Part shown: positions 1-11,053 of the stretch, piece by piece
Position numbering within the stretch: position 1 is the stretch's first letter
Layout: each line of letters opens with the position of its first letter
Assembly (NCBI GenBank): GCA_965235115.1
Contig: OZ249443.1
Location: forward strand, 17,112,001 to 17,176,000
Direction: 5' to 3'
Length of the DNA stretch: 64,000 nucleotides
DNA from: Laetmonice hystrix
Lineage: Eukaryota
Notes under the pieces: generated by a model
Database searches by the model: none
What the model was told of the DNA's origin: nothing
What the model saw: only the letters and a program-made list of their open reading frames with translations
Translations under genes and position numbers: made by a program

Positions 1-918
1 AATAAGGTTTCACGGGGAATCATGGACCGGGATTACGGACTGGTCCTGGAGAAGGCACAGCGTCAGCTCGCCAGTCTCCACCTGGAGAAGGTCTTCCAGG
101 ACGGTGTCTCCCCGCTCCGGGTCGCCCAGGAGTACCTGCGATCAGACCTCGTGGTCACTCTAGTGGACCACGGTGCTAACGTGACGATCTGTGACAGCAA
201 GGGGCAGTTCCCTCATCACAAGGCGGTCCTACAGGACGACTGCCTCTCGTTACACCGCATCCTCATCCACCCGCACTGCCCTATAGACATCCGTGATTTC
301 GCAGGCTTCTCGGCTCTTCAACTTAGCTTAAAGGCCATGGAAAAATGCTACAAAGGTTTCCATGGCAGTGTACAAAATGGTGATGCTGAGGGCCTTAGCA
401 GCAGTGCAGTACTTTCAGAAAGTGGCGAGGATTACATGGATACAACTGTGCTGCTTCTCCAGCACGGCGCTGATTACTTTCATCTCGACACGTTTCTGGC
501 TGCTTACTTGAGTGATAAATATCTTCGCATCTTCCAGGCCTTAGTGCATTCTGGGGAAAACCTTCACAAGAAGTTGCTCTGTGCTTGCTTTGATAGACTC
601 AAAAACTACGGTTGTACAACCACATGTGATTGGCTGTCCGAGTTTACAGGTGAACCACAGCCTCTCAAGGATCTGTGTCGTCACACTATCAGACTTCGTT
701 TGAAAACACTCAACAGGGGGCGTTCCGTATGGCAGGCGGTCCAACACCTCCCTCTACCAAAGGTATTACAGGACTTTCTGCTCCTGCAAGAATTCCAAAC
801 TTTTGATTTGCCCAGAACGTTCACCACCGCCTTGCCCACCTGGAGATTCCCAAAGGAGTCTACGAAAAAATCCCATCGCCATCATCACCACCACGAGAAG
901 AGCACTTCCAAATGTTAA
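1..918 (+). CDS. Ankyrin repeat and SOCS box (ASB-family) protein, 3' part / large terminal coding exon (5'-partial)
   Basis: Frame 1 is open from base 1 to TAA at 916-918. Ankyrin-like repeats (GVSPLRVA...LVDHGANVTICDSKGQFPHHKAV...IDIRDFAGFSALQLS; LLLQHGAD). Canonical SOCS box PQPLKDLCRHTIRLRL...VQHLPLPKVLQDFLLL at ~655..786. Specific paralogue not identifiable. Confidence 0.9.
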   Translation, partial: NKVSRGIMDRDYGLVLEKAQRQLASLHLEKVFQDGVSPLRVAQEYLRSDLVVTLVDHGANVTICDSKGQFPHHKAVLQDDCLSLHRILIHPHCPIDIRDFAGFSALQLSLKAMEKCYKGFHGSVQNGDAEGLSSSAVLSESGEDYMDTTVLLLQHGADYFHLDTFLAAYLSDKYLRIFQALVHSGENLHKKLLCACFDRLKNYGCTTTCDWLSEFTGEPQPLKDLCRHTIRLRLKTLNRGRSVWQAVQHLPLPKVLQDFLLLQEFQTFDLPRTFTTALPTWRFPKESTKKSHRHHHHHEKSTSKC

Positions 919-1811
919 TCGATTAATTATAACTGATCATGTTAAAAGTCTCCGCTCCAGTCAAAGGGCTGCTGCCGTAAAAAAATATGGTAGACACTGT
1001 ATCTGTATCCCTCCACCCCAATTCCAAGAACGCTGGTGCTATCCAGAACAGAACAACCCCTGAGTTACTAGGACCAGTGTCAGAAGTTTCTATTTATCAC
1101 AGCCTACACATTATGTACAAAGTCCACCTACATAAACAGCCTCACATATCGAATCACTCGCCCACCACCTCCAATTATAACCAGCTCTCTTACTTATTTC
1201 CGAGAACTTTAGCACACACGCCACTCCCGCCCCCACTCCATCCCAAAAGACCTCGTTCCCTTTTTAGACGTCGTTATTTATCCAACAGAATTGTCCGCGT
1301 CCCATCCGAGTTTTTTGTGCCTAGTCCTGCTGGAGCGTACTTACAGAGAATACAGTTGGTCTTTCTCAGCTAAGCTCCAGAAACACGAGTATAATACATG
1401 TACCAGCCTATGGTGGGATTGAATGAGATCTCCCATGATTTAATTGTAGCCAGTAGATTTTGTAGGGGATTATTGATTGTCTGTGAACTATGATACAGCA
1501 CTGTGTGTGAGTATCATTTTCTGACATACTGACACTTGAACTAGCTATCTAGATGAAGCAATTAGTGATCTAATTTGGACTAAAAACTACATGTTGTACT
1601 TAAGAGGGCTTGTTCATCGTCCATGTCTAATAATGGGGTCTAGAAGATTTCACTTTGAAGACTGACGTTCTTCACGTGGTTTATGTACAATGTAATATAT
1701 TACGAGTTGCCTCAGTTATGATGGTGATCCGATCCGATTTAAGACCATGATCCTGTCCAGTATGAGAGCTTGCGGTTTACAATTTTCACGTGTTTCTGAG
1801 ATTGCAGGCTG

Positions 1812-2147
1812 TAACTTACTCTGGAGACTGTAACTGTACAGTTAACTGTAACTCAATCTGGAGACTGTAACTGTACAGTTAACTGTAACTCACTCTGGAA
1901 ACTGTAACTGTACAGTTAACTGTAACTCACTCTGGAGACTGTAACTGTACAGTTAACTGTAACTCACTCTGGAGACTGTAACTGTACAGTTAACTGTAAC
2001 TGTAACTCACTGTGGAGACTGTAACTGTACAGTTAACTGTAACTGTAACTCACTCTAGAGACTGTAACTGTACAGTTAACTGTAACTGTAACTCACTGTG
2101 GAGACTGTAACTGTACAGTTAACTGTAACTGTAACTCACTCTGGAGA
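1812..2147. repeat. Minisatellite, 37-43 bp unit, ~8 copies
   Basis: Unit ctggagactgtaactgtacagttaactgta(actgta)actcact. Contains the 12-bp palindrome aactgtacagtt. Confidence 0.95.
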
Positions 2148-2370
2148 CAAGAAGTGGATTTCATTCCAGAAACTGTAACGTTGAATGGTAGAGCACTGTT
2201 TTTAATCCGATACCGGTACGTAATTAAAGTAGTTACTTCAACCCATAATCTATCAGATTACCAGACCTTGTGATTCAGATTTTGATGAGTAGAATCAACT
2301 TTAAAACTAAAAAGTTGGTAACAAAAACATTTTCTCATTGATTCCACTTTGTAGTATCCGCACCATCCAT

Positions 2371-2376
2371 AATAAA
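2371..2376 (+). promoter_or_regulatory. Possible polyadenylation signal for the ASB gene
   Basis: First AATAAA I noticed downstream of the stop codon (~1.45 kb). No transcript support. Confidence 0.25.
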
Positions 2377-2880
2377 TGCAAGCTCTCGTATTCAGGTAAC
2401 GATCCCATCTCCTCACATAGGCCTACATACATACATTATAGTGCCATTATAATTCATCCGATGATACTACCAATAAATCAACGTTTTGTATCACCTCTCG
2501 CCAGAGCACTAATTTGTACGTGAGAATTTAAATGATTAATTTATTAACAAAGGTAATGAAACAATAACTGTCACGTATGAAGGACTGAGTACATGAGTAT
2601 TGAATTAAAGAGCTATGTACATGGATAACACGGTTAAAATAAAAATGATTTTTAATTTGTTATAATGGTCCACTATTACCAGGTATGTTTGTGTTAACCT
2701 GTTGTCAAATATTTTACCACAAGATGACAGGTGATCTCTCGTCACGTAGACCCTCTAGATATGCAAGTACCAAAAATTCCAAAGAAAATATAGCCAGCAT
2801 AAAAGCGCAAGCTGTTTAGTACTGCCGCTCGTCAACAGGGGGCGGTTACGTCTCCTGAGCTGTGAGTGATGTCTCAGGTG

Positions 2881-2897
2881 CTGACACCTAGTGGCCA
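2881..2897 (-). promoter_or_regulatory. CTCF-like motif
   Basis: Minus strand TGGCCACTAGGTGTCAG, close to the CTCF core CCACYAGRKGGCR. A weaker opposite-facing site CAACAGGGGGCGG lies at 2833..2845. Confidence 0.4.
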
Positions 2898-3564
2898 CAC
2901 TAAGAAGTTTGAAACCATGTTAGGAGATGTGAGGACACTAAATGCCGAAGTGGGGCGGAACGATGCAGTTTTTACAATAGTGGCATTAATCGGTTAAAAA
3001 ATAATTATATATCGAAGTTTTTTTATCGTTGCAAAGTTGGAAAAACAATGACTGTCAGGATACATCAGAATTTGCTATCTAACAACAGCACTGGCGCCTT
3101 GTACTTATACCTTTACAACACCTGAGATTTCACATAACATTCAACAAATATTGTTGTAAACATTCAATTTGACGCAGATAATCGGATTAGGCTTTCCGCT
3201 TGTCTTGCTGACACTCATATGTTTTCCAACATTTGAATTGATTTAACAGAGTTTCCAAGGGACCGAGTTCAGCATTAGCCAATCTATATATATTTTTCCA
3301 CCAAGCAAAGTTTCTATTTTTCCAGGTTGTGCTTCGCGAACTGGAACAAATAAGATTCTGATGCTGAAATTGGTTCTCTCGTCTTTCTGCGTCCCTTTCT
3401 CGTTTTTTATCGCTGACAAAAACTCAATACGTGGTCTAGGTCTTTCATCCAGTAGAGGCCGACTGAATGTTACAGTACACACCGGTGCAATCAGCACATA
3501 CAAATGTATAGATATTTGCGCCGATCCGTCGGCCCTGGATCCTTTCCAAGCAGCACACAAATAT

Positions 3565-4332
3565 ACACAACATAGTGGTCATACAGTACCTCATTTACCC
3601 CCCAGACCCGTGAAGTGGTCATACAGTACCTCATTTACCCCCCAGACCCGAGAGGTGGTCATACAGTACCTCGTTTACCCCCCAGACCCGAGAGGTGGTC
3701 ATACAGTACCTCATTTACCCCCCAGACCCGTGAAGTGGTCATACAGTACCTCATTTACCCCCCAGACCCGAGAGGTGGTCATACAGTACCTCGTTTACCC
3801 CCCAGACCCGAGAGGTGGTCATACAGTACCTCATTTACCCCCCAGACCCGAGAGGTGGTCATACAGTACCTCATTTACCCCCCAGACCCGAGGGGTGGTC
3901 ATACAGTACCTCATTTACCCCCCAGACCCGAGAGGTGGTCATACAGTACCTCATTTACCCCCCAGACCCGTGAAGTGGTCATACAGTACCTCATTTACCC
4001 CCCAGACCCGAAAGGTGGTCATACAGTACCCGGTACCTCATTTACCCCCCAGACCCGAGAGGTGGTCAAACAGTACCTCATTTACCCCCCAGACCCGAGA
4101 GGTGGTCAAACAGTACTTCATTTACCCCCCAGACCCGAGAGGTGATCATACAGTACCTCATTTACCCCCAGACCCGAGAGGTGGTCATACAGTACCTCAT
4201 TTACCCCCAGACCCAAGAGGTGGTCATACAGTACCTCATTTACCCCCAGACCCAAGAGGTGGTCATACAGTACCTCATTTACCCCCAGACCCAAGAGGTG
4301 GTCATACAGTACCTCATTTACCCCCCAGACCC
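3565..4332. repeat. Minisatellite, 40 bp unit (39 bp in late copies), ~19 copies
   Basis: gtggtcatacagtacctcatttaccccccagacccgagag repeated; period 40 read directly (3601, 3641). Explains ORFs 3361..4470, 3615..4145, 4118..4345 and 4142..4522. Confidence 0.97.
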
Positions 4333-5866
4333 GACGGCAAACCACCCTCCTCTCACAAGGCTGCCCAGACCCGGAAGCACATCAGGCTCCTCTCTGGGCC
4401 AAATTTACACCCCCCCCCCCCCCCAACCCCGGAAGCAACCCACCCTACTCCCAATGCCGCCTCCCCCTAGATTACAGTGTTTTCTGCAGGTTGATAAATA
4501 CCTTTATAAGCTGTCTGTGTGACCGCCCGTCTGTCAGTGTGATAGAGCTATCTCAACCCAACCCAACCCCCCCCCCCCCCCGACCACCCCACCACCACCC
4601 CGCCTGGCCCCTATCCACACCCGTCCCCGTCCTGGACCTTGATCCAGATCTCAATCTCACCCACTGAATCCCCCGGGACGGACGGCACTCATCAATAGGA
4701 CCTGTGTGTCGTTCTCACCCCAGCCATCCCAACATCATCCCTCTTTCTCTCGCTTCCTCATCCGTGCGCTTCAAAAACAAACATTCCAAATATATTCACC
4801 AAGCCTGGCCGACAGATTCCAGGCTTCCGTGAACAGAATGAAATGTTGAAGACGTTCACATTGACACTGACTGGGCACGGCCTTACAGTCAGCTACATCC
4901 GACACAGATTTATAAAAGGTATACTGAGCTACATAAACACAAGGAAAATATAATGCGTCTTCCAGGAAATTTAATGATCTTTCAAAAATCAGTATAACTA
5001 TTAAATAATTTGGTCTGAATTTCTGTAGATGACCCGTTTCTTTCTCCCAGCATCCTTGTCTGGTGCACTCCGCACGTTGATCACACAATGTGCCCATATC
5101 TCAGGGATGACGCAGCATGAACGCTTGCGGTGGATGAGTACGAATAAAATAAAGAGTTAAAAAATCCGTCTCCTCGTAATGAAAATCGTTTCCCCTGCCG
5201 ATATTAGCCGCGGCTTTTTCCCCCCTGCCGCAGCGATACGTTAAGTGGTGCCACCTGTCGTATTTTTTTTGGTTCTCGCTCCCTCTCGCCATTAGCGGGA
5301 CGTCAAATGGCTCGCGGGTGCCATAAGTCGCCACAGGCGCCCTCTACCGGTGTCAATCAGGTAAGGCCGATCAATCACTTATAAACTATACGAGGGCCGA
5401 GCCCGACACTTTGTCATGGTCGGCCCACGTCAATGTCCTGTCAGTGACCCAATATCAATATTCTCAGTGTAAGCTTGTACCAGTACTCGGCCCTACACCC
5501 ACATTGGGTAAACTCACCGTTAATTAACAAAGATATATTTTAATTAAATTAAAAAGACGACTGAGCTGTCTTTGCTTCTAAAACGATGCCAAAGATATAG
5601 CTTCATTTGTTTCTGACAGTGAATCGATTCAATAATTAGTCGTCATATATCATTGTCAACTTTCCATAAAGATACATGACATAAGAAAATAAGAAACCTA
5701 ATCTTTCGGTAAAAATGTCTGTGTACAAATGTGGCATAATGCCATATATTATTTGATCAAACCTCTTTCAAAGACAAGACATAAGTTATAGGTATGCCGT
5801 ACGAGACGGTAAGCACGCACCAGGCCAATTTATTAACTTCATTTTTTAAAAGTACCAGGTACTTAC

Positions 5867-5927
5867 CCTGAGTTCAACCTGGTCCTCCTGCTCTTTGGTC
5901 TTCAATGCATTGTATTCCTTCTCCAAC
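5867..5927 (-). CDS. EVI5: Internal coding exon of an EVI5/EVI5-like TBC-domain Rab-GAP (start of coiled-coil region)
   Basis: Minus strand: ctaat branch point + cacattgtttttgcttgttgcag | G TTG GAG AAG GAA TAC AAT GCA TTG AAG ACC AAA GAG CAG GAG GAC CAG GTT GAA CTC AGG | gtaagt. Peptide LEKEYNALKTKEQEDQVELR matches my recollection of vertebrate EVI5 (K)LEKEYTTIKTKEMEEQVEIK just after the TBC domain. 61 nt, phase 2 in, phase 0 out. Confidence 0.82.
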
Positions 5928-6170
5928 CTGCAACAAGCAAAAACAATGTGATTAGATACATCCCGCTGACCATGCGCAGTGCCTGACAGATAAACAACCC
6001 TGGGCCTGTCAGTTAGGTCTGACAGATAATGCAACCTGGGCCTGACAGATAGACGGTCATCCTGGTTCTGACATATAGGTAAACCTCTGCTTTTTATAGG
6101 TAGTTGCAACCTGGGTCAGACGTACAAGGTTTGACTGGAGGACAGTACATTCTGGCAGATAGAGAACATA

Positions 6171-6613
6171 ATCTGGATCTGATAGATAGAGAGTACATCT
6201 CGGTCTGACAGGTAGACAGGTCTGACAGGTAGACACTAGGTCTGACAGGTCTGACAGGTCTGACAGGTATTTCTGGATCTGAGAGATAGACAGTACATCT
6301 CGGTCTGACAGGTAGACAGGTCTGACAGGTAGACAGGTATATCTGGATCTGAGAGATAGAGAGTACATCTCGGTCTGACAGATAGACAGGTCTGACAGGT
6401 CTGACAGGTATATCTGGATCTAAGAGATAGACACTACATCTCGGTCTGACAGGTAGACAGGTCTGACAGGTCTGACAGGTATATCTGGATCTGAGAGATA
6501 GAGAGTACATCTCGGTCTGACAGATAGACAGGTCTGACAGGTAGACAGGTATATCTGGATCTAAGAGATAGACAGTACATCTCGGTCTGACAGGTAGACA
6601 GGTCTGACAGGTA
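6171..6613. repeat. Compound minisatellite (variable ~60-80 bp unit with GACAGGT sub-repeats)
   Basis: tctggatctgagagatagacagtacatctcggtctgacaggtagacaggtctgacagg... about 6 copies. Explains ORFs 6057..6368 and 6094..6510. Confidence 0.92.
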
Positions 6614-6783
6614 GTCTTGGTGGAGAAATAGTCAGCTCCTCCAAGTCAGTCCCAGCTATGGGCGGCAGGCAGCACACAATTGGAATGCCGCTGGGTCTGG
6701 TCCTGTATTGTACATAGGTCGGTCAATTCTCATGCCAAGAAAGACAAATTGCTCTACTTCTGAAGCAATTAGATTGCCATTAC

Positions 6784-6880
6784 CTTAAAATATTTTTTTT
6801 CTGCATAGATGCTGTGACTTCGACTTGGCATGGGAAAACCTCATTTGTCAATATAGTATCCTCGTTTTTCCAACCCTATT
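6784..6880 (-). other. Candidate 97-nt poison (stop-containing) cassette exon in the EVI5 intron
   Basis: Strong acceptor attattctgttcgtcttgtctttag| and donor TTTTAAG|gtaatg. Stop codons in all three frames. Confidence 0.3.
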
Positions 6881-7613
6881 CTAAAGACAAGACGAACAGA
6901 ATAATACGGTTTTAATTATCAACATTTAAACTACAAGTATAATAACAAAACCAAAACTTTACATGAATTCCGGTGCCAACTTGTACCACGCAAGCCGACA
7001 GGCGGAGGACAGACACATTAGAAATGGGTTAACAGAAACATGTTTGCAGGCCGTGGCGGTCGTCTTCATGTAAATTGCGATCAGATTGCGCCCTGTTCAT
7101 GAAGGGATTGGAAATGTGACGGCGAGAAAAGCAATTACCACCAGTACGCCACCAACGCCTTGCATGTAAATGCCACTAAATGTGCCCGTCACGGCCACCA
7201 TTTCCACGCCAGGCCCGCCATTTGTAACCTCCTAACCCAACCTGCTGTTATGTATTTTTTTTATTTTTATGTCACTCTGTCCTGGGCACATATACCTCCT
7301 GGTTGTCCAGTAATCTGAGCGGACCCGTTTCAATCAGCCTCGGGGCACGTAGTTGGCCAAATGTGTCCACCATCGGAATTCGTTGCCGGGAAATGTAAGG
7401 AAATATCGGGGAATATTTTCCCGGGCCTTGCTACGTCCTACACTTACATATTGGCTCGTACATGGGCTGGTGGTGGGGGTGGGCCTCACTCGGCCTGCGG
7501 GAAGGCTCATCTGGCCTATTGATATCAAATAGCGTGGGTATTTTGAGCATTACATACACCAGTGGACCGTTGCTTGGTTACAATTGACTGTAAGCACATT
7601 TCTCACTCCTTAC

Positions 7614-7640
7614 AGTCCTTGCAGCATTCTCTGAACTGAC
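7614..7640 (-). other. Candidate 27-nt in-frame microexon of EVI5
   Basis: tgaatgcatgcag|GTCAGTTCAGAGAATGCTGCAAGGACT|gtaagg. Frame-preserving and open in the required phase (would add SVQRMLQGL before LEKEY). UGC motifs at the 3' splice site, but a weak pyrimidine tract. Confidence 0.3.
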
Positions 7641-7721
7641 CTGCATGCATTCACCCGCCCATAAAATGAAGGCAATTTGGAAGGCTAACACTGTAATATC
7701 AGCATAAAAAACTGCTCAAAT

Positions 7722-7745
7722 TCCTACCTGCTGGAAAAAAAAACT
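7722..7745 (-). other. Candidate 3-nt microexon (CAG) or tandem-acceptor ratchet point
   Basis: Minus strand gagttttttttttccag|CAG|gtagga: U-tract acceptor followed by CAG (7730..7728) and a donor-like GTAGGA. Confidence 0.3.
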
Positions 7746-9885
7746 CATCTGACGTTGCACTTCAGTTAAATTACAACATCAGACTGGTTTATTTATACTT
7801 TCCCTCATAAAAAGGAAAGAAAATATCACAAAGTGAAATATTGCAGCTGTTTTTGTTTGTTACTACCCAGTTCAAATATTGACAGAGATCTGGCGTTCAC
7901 ACAAATTAAATTTTCTCTTTGTGTTGCCTTCGGTAACGATGCTGGATTTGACTTTACTCATAAAACTGGGACCTGTATCGTTCATTTCAGGACATAAGCC
8001 ACATGGCACTTGTACAGTACGTCCATGGGCATACCCTGACACATGGGTAGAGAGACACACCGATTAAGCGCATGTTCATAGTTACAGACTTGCAGACAGA
8101 CTCATGATTACTGACTGTTTATAAATAGAGTAACATTACGTTGACGGTTGCGAACACTGTGTCCATTGATCCAGACTGGGATAACGTCTGTCGCCGTGTT
8201 TATGGGTACGGATATAATGTACGCCCTGGATAACATCAGCCCTGACACCACGACAATAACCGTACCACCCACACGACCGTGAGTTCTCACTCACAGTTAC
8301 CATTCCCGTAATACCTCCCGCGCACGCCACCAGAGGGGGTATGAGGTCACGTGTTCACGGGTTCACTTTGATCCTGGGCAGATGCTCCAGGTCTCAGTTA
8401 CCGGTTCAACTCCCACGCCCCTCGTTCGGAATCCCTACCCCCTAACTAACCCGCCTTGTGGACCCCTCCAACCCACCCACCCACAAATACAACTACCTCA
8501 TCACATCTGCCTCGCCGGCTCGCCATACCCACACCCAGCCTTGACCTTGGATGACCTTGAGCCGTTTATCACAAGGTCAAAAGCCAGAACGGGCTCGTCT
8601 CGTTCTGAGATACCCTCGTTAAATCATTCAGTAATTCCCCGTGGGAACTTGACCAGCGTTTTAAGCAGCATGGCCGGCAACTCCAGTCATCTATTCCGTT
8701 TATTTTGGGGTGAAATTACCATGAGGCTCATCGTGGCAGACTTGTCGATTCAAATTCTCTTCAGGCCAGCTCTTGTTAGTTAGTGACCCAAACCGTTAAT
8801 CTTGAAGACATGGCATAAATGAATGGCGAGTATTGGGGCCCAAACCCAGAGTGAACTTATAACTGGAATCTAAGCCGATAAATGCCGTCCAGCATATTGA
8901 TCACTTTGCTATCCGATGTATAATTCTTCATTCCAGAACCCCGATCAAATCACTCAGAACTTGAAGATACTTAATCAATTATACTGATCAGGAGACGACC
9001 AAACAGGACAGGTTTCTTTAAAAACATGTTGGGTTCATTCTTGTAAAACTGAGTCGACCTAGCGGCCAGAATAACTGCATCAGTGGACGGTGGTGTACCA
9101 ATGTTATGATGGATGCTCCGATGCCATCACGTCTGTATCAAGCCAGACACAGGCCGGGTCAATGGTCGCCCAGGGAAACCATGGTCACCATGGTAACCTG
9201 TGTGACCTTCACCTTGTACAGTAATGGCAAGGTCACCGTCTCGGTAAGATCAAAGTACTTGTTGGGCTCCTGGCACGCCTCGTGTAGCCCCAACAAATGA
9301 CCGACTGTGATCTTACAGAGACTTTACTCCACCGAAATAGATTTCAACATGAGGAGATGCACCGCTTTGTGAGGAGAGTTATGAATCGGCTACCTTCGTT
9401 AGGAGACAGGGGGAGAAGGGCGTGTTATGTTGGGTAGCTCTAGCAGATGTCTGAGTTACGGCTGGGACGTGTGCCAACACTTCATCAGCCTGAGCTAAGT
9501 GTAGCTGACACGTGACCATACCACCCACCACGGCAAGGCTATCCACTGATTGTGAGAGCTAACCTTGTCGTCTACAGCTGGGATTGGAGCTGTCTCGTCA
9601 TATTTCAGTAAGAGACACGGAATCTGGTCCTCCCTTTCAGAGAAAGCCCATGGAGATAGATACAATTTGTAACGGTACCAGGCAAACACAGAAGCCCGCG
9701 TTGACTACGTCATAGGCATACCGTTACCTAATTCCACCCTCTTTCAACCCTGCCCACACACCGAGTGCTGGTAGACTGTACAGCCCCATCTCTAACCAAT
9801 ACCTATCCGAGGTTAACCACAACGACCTGGTGTAGTTAACACGGGACTTGCCTGGAATTAACATACTCCCTCTAAGGTAACCCCT

Positions 9886-9903
9886 GGCGCCCCCTATCGG
9901 CCA
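9886..9903 (-). promoter_or_regulatory. CTCF-like motif
   Basis: Minus strand TGGCCGATAGGGGGCGCC. Confidence 0.45.
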
Positions 9904-10880
9904 CAACCGGTAGGGCTCACATCTCCCAATCTCCTTCCCTTGTTCTCCGGACTCTCCTAATGAATATTGAGGAGAAGCAGGTCAGGCGAGTAAATAAAAT
10001 ACAATACGACAGCCACTGGCCCAGTTAGAAATACTCGATCAAAGACTTCACCCAGCCCTCTCTTGACGTCGGTGGAACGTACCGAAAAACAAATGGGCTA
10101 CTTTTCAAGTCGGGAAAAGGGGGAAAACACAAAAAGTATGCATACGCTGACTTCTTTGCACTTAAGATGTCATGAATAGATCATGGCAGCGAACCCTCCC
10201 ACGGGTATCAGAATACTACAATCACGCTAAGACACCCCTGCGGGCCATGGAGGAACTAATAACAATATGAACAATCAATGCGCGCTCCACAATAACTACC
10301 ACATATATCCAGTTTCTTGTCACCTTTTGTACGTTTTTGATGACAATAACAAGGAAGGCTGTGAACGGTACTTCGCCTTGGAGAGAAAGTATAATATTTC
10401 TCCTCTTCTGTGCCCGACTTTGTACTCTTAATGACCGAACAGAACTACAGACATACGCCCCGATGTCGAACTGGAGTCAGATTACATATACAGCTGCTAA
10501 TACTATGGATATTTAGCGATGGAGATGTCGGTCAGTAATAATGCAAGGCTGGCAGTACAGGTTTTCTTGCTCAAATTTAGTTCAGGTTTATTTCTTGCGC
10601 TTAGACCTAATGACTCCTGGATCAGGCCCAACCGGAGACCGACAGACAGTTCGAGTTTCATAGATATGGCACATTATTACTTCTCCCATGTTGTCCTTAT
10701 AAAAGTACACATATCAAGTTTGATAATAATTCAGGGTCATCGCATAAATGTCTCGCTTTTCTGTTTATTAAACCTTTCATTGCTACCTATAATACTGAAA
10801 GAGAGATACAGATATTCTCACTCTCGGCCGATACAGGGTGTTCCTGTTGCTGTCATTCGGGCTGCCCGTTTAGAATTGGC

Positions 10881-11053
10881 TGGCTAGTTGCATGACTCTC
10901 CGTTCGTTAATTCCCCATGTATTTTCAATGAGAATTTTAACGAACGGACAGTCATGCAACTGGTCCCTGGCCAGTTGCATGACTCCCCGTTCGTTAATTC
11001 CCCATGTATTTTTAATGAGAATTTTAACGAACGGAGATTCATGCAACTAGCCA
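10881..11053. mobile_element. Head-to-tail dimer of an ~87-bp hairpin (MITE/foldback-like) element
   Basis: Two direct copies (period 87), each a near-perfect inverted repeat gttgcatgact-c-tccgttcgttaa...ttaacgaacgga-c-agtcatgcaac. Perfect 15-bp outer TIR tggctagttgcatga / tcatgcaactagcca. No clear TSD. Confidence 0.6.

Noticed and set aside
3361-4522. 369-aa, 176-aa and other long ORFs
   Set aside because: Entirely produced by the 40-bp tandem repeat. The same applies to the long ORFs over the 13.7, 24.5, 27.7, 46.2, 55.2, 56.1, 60.1 and 63.3 kb arrays.
7449-7495. 47-nt minus-strand exon candidate (cccgcag|...AATAT|gtaagt)
   Set aside because: Weak acceptor, not frame-preserving, and no similarity to EVI5.
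8385-8420. tRNA T-loop-like ggttcaactccc
   Set aside because: No A-box at a suitable distance and no cloverleaf.
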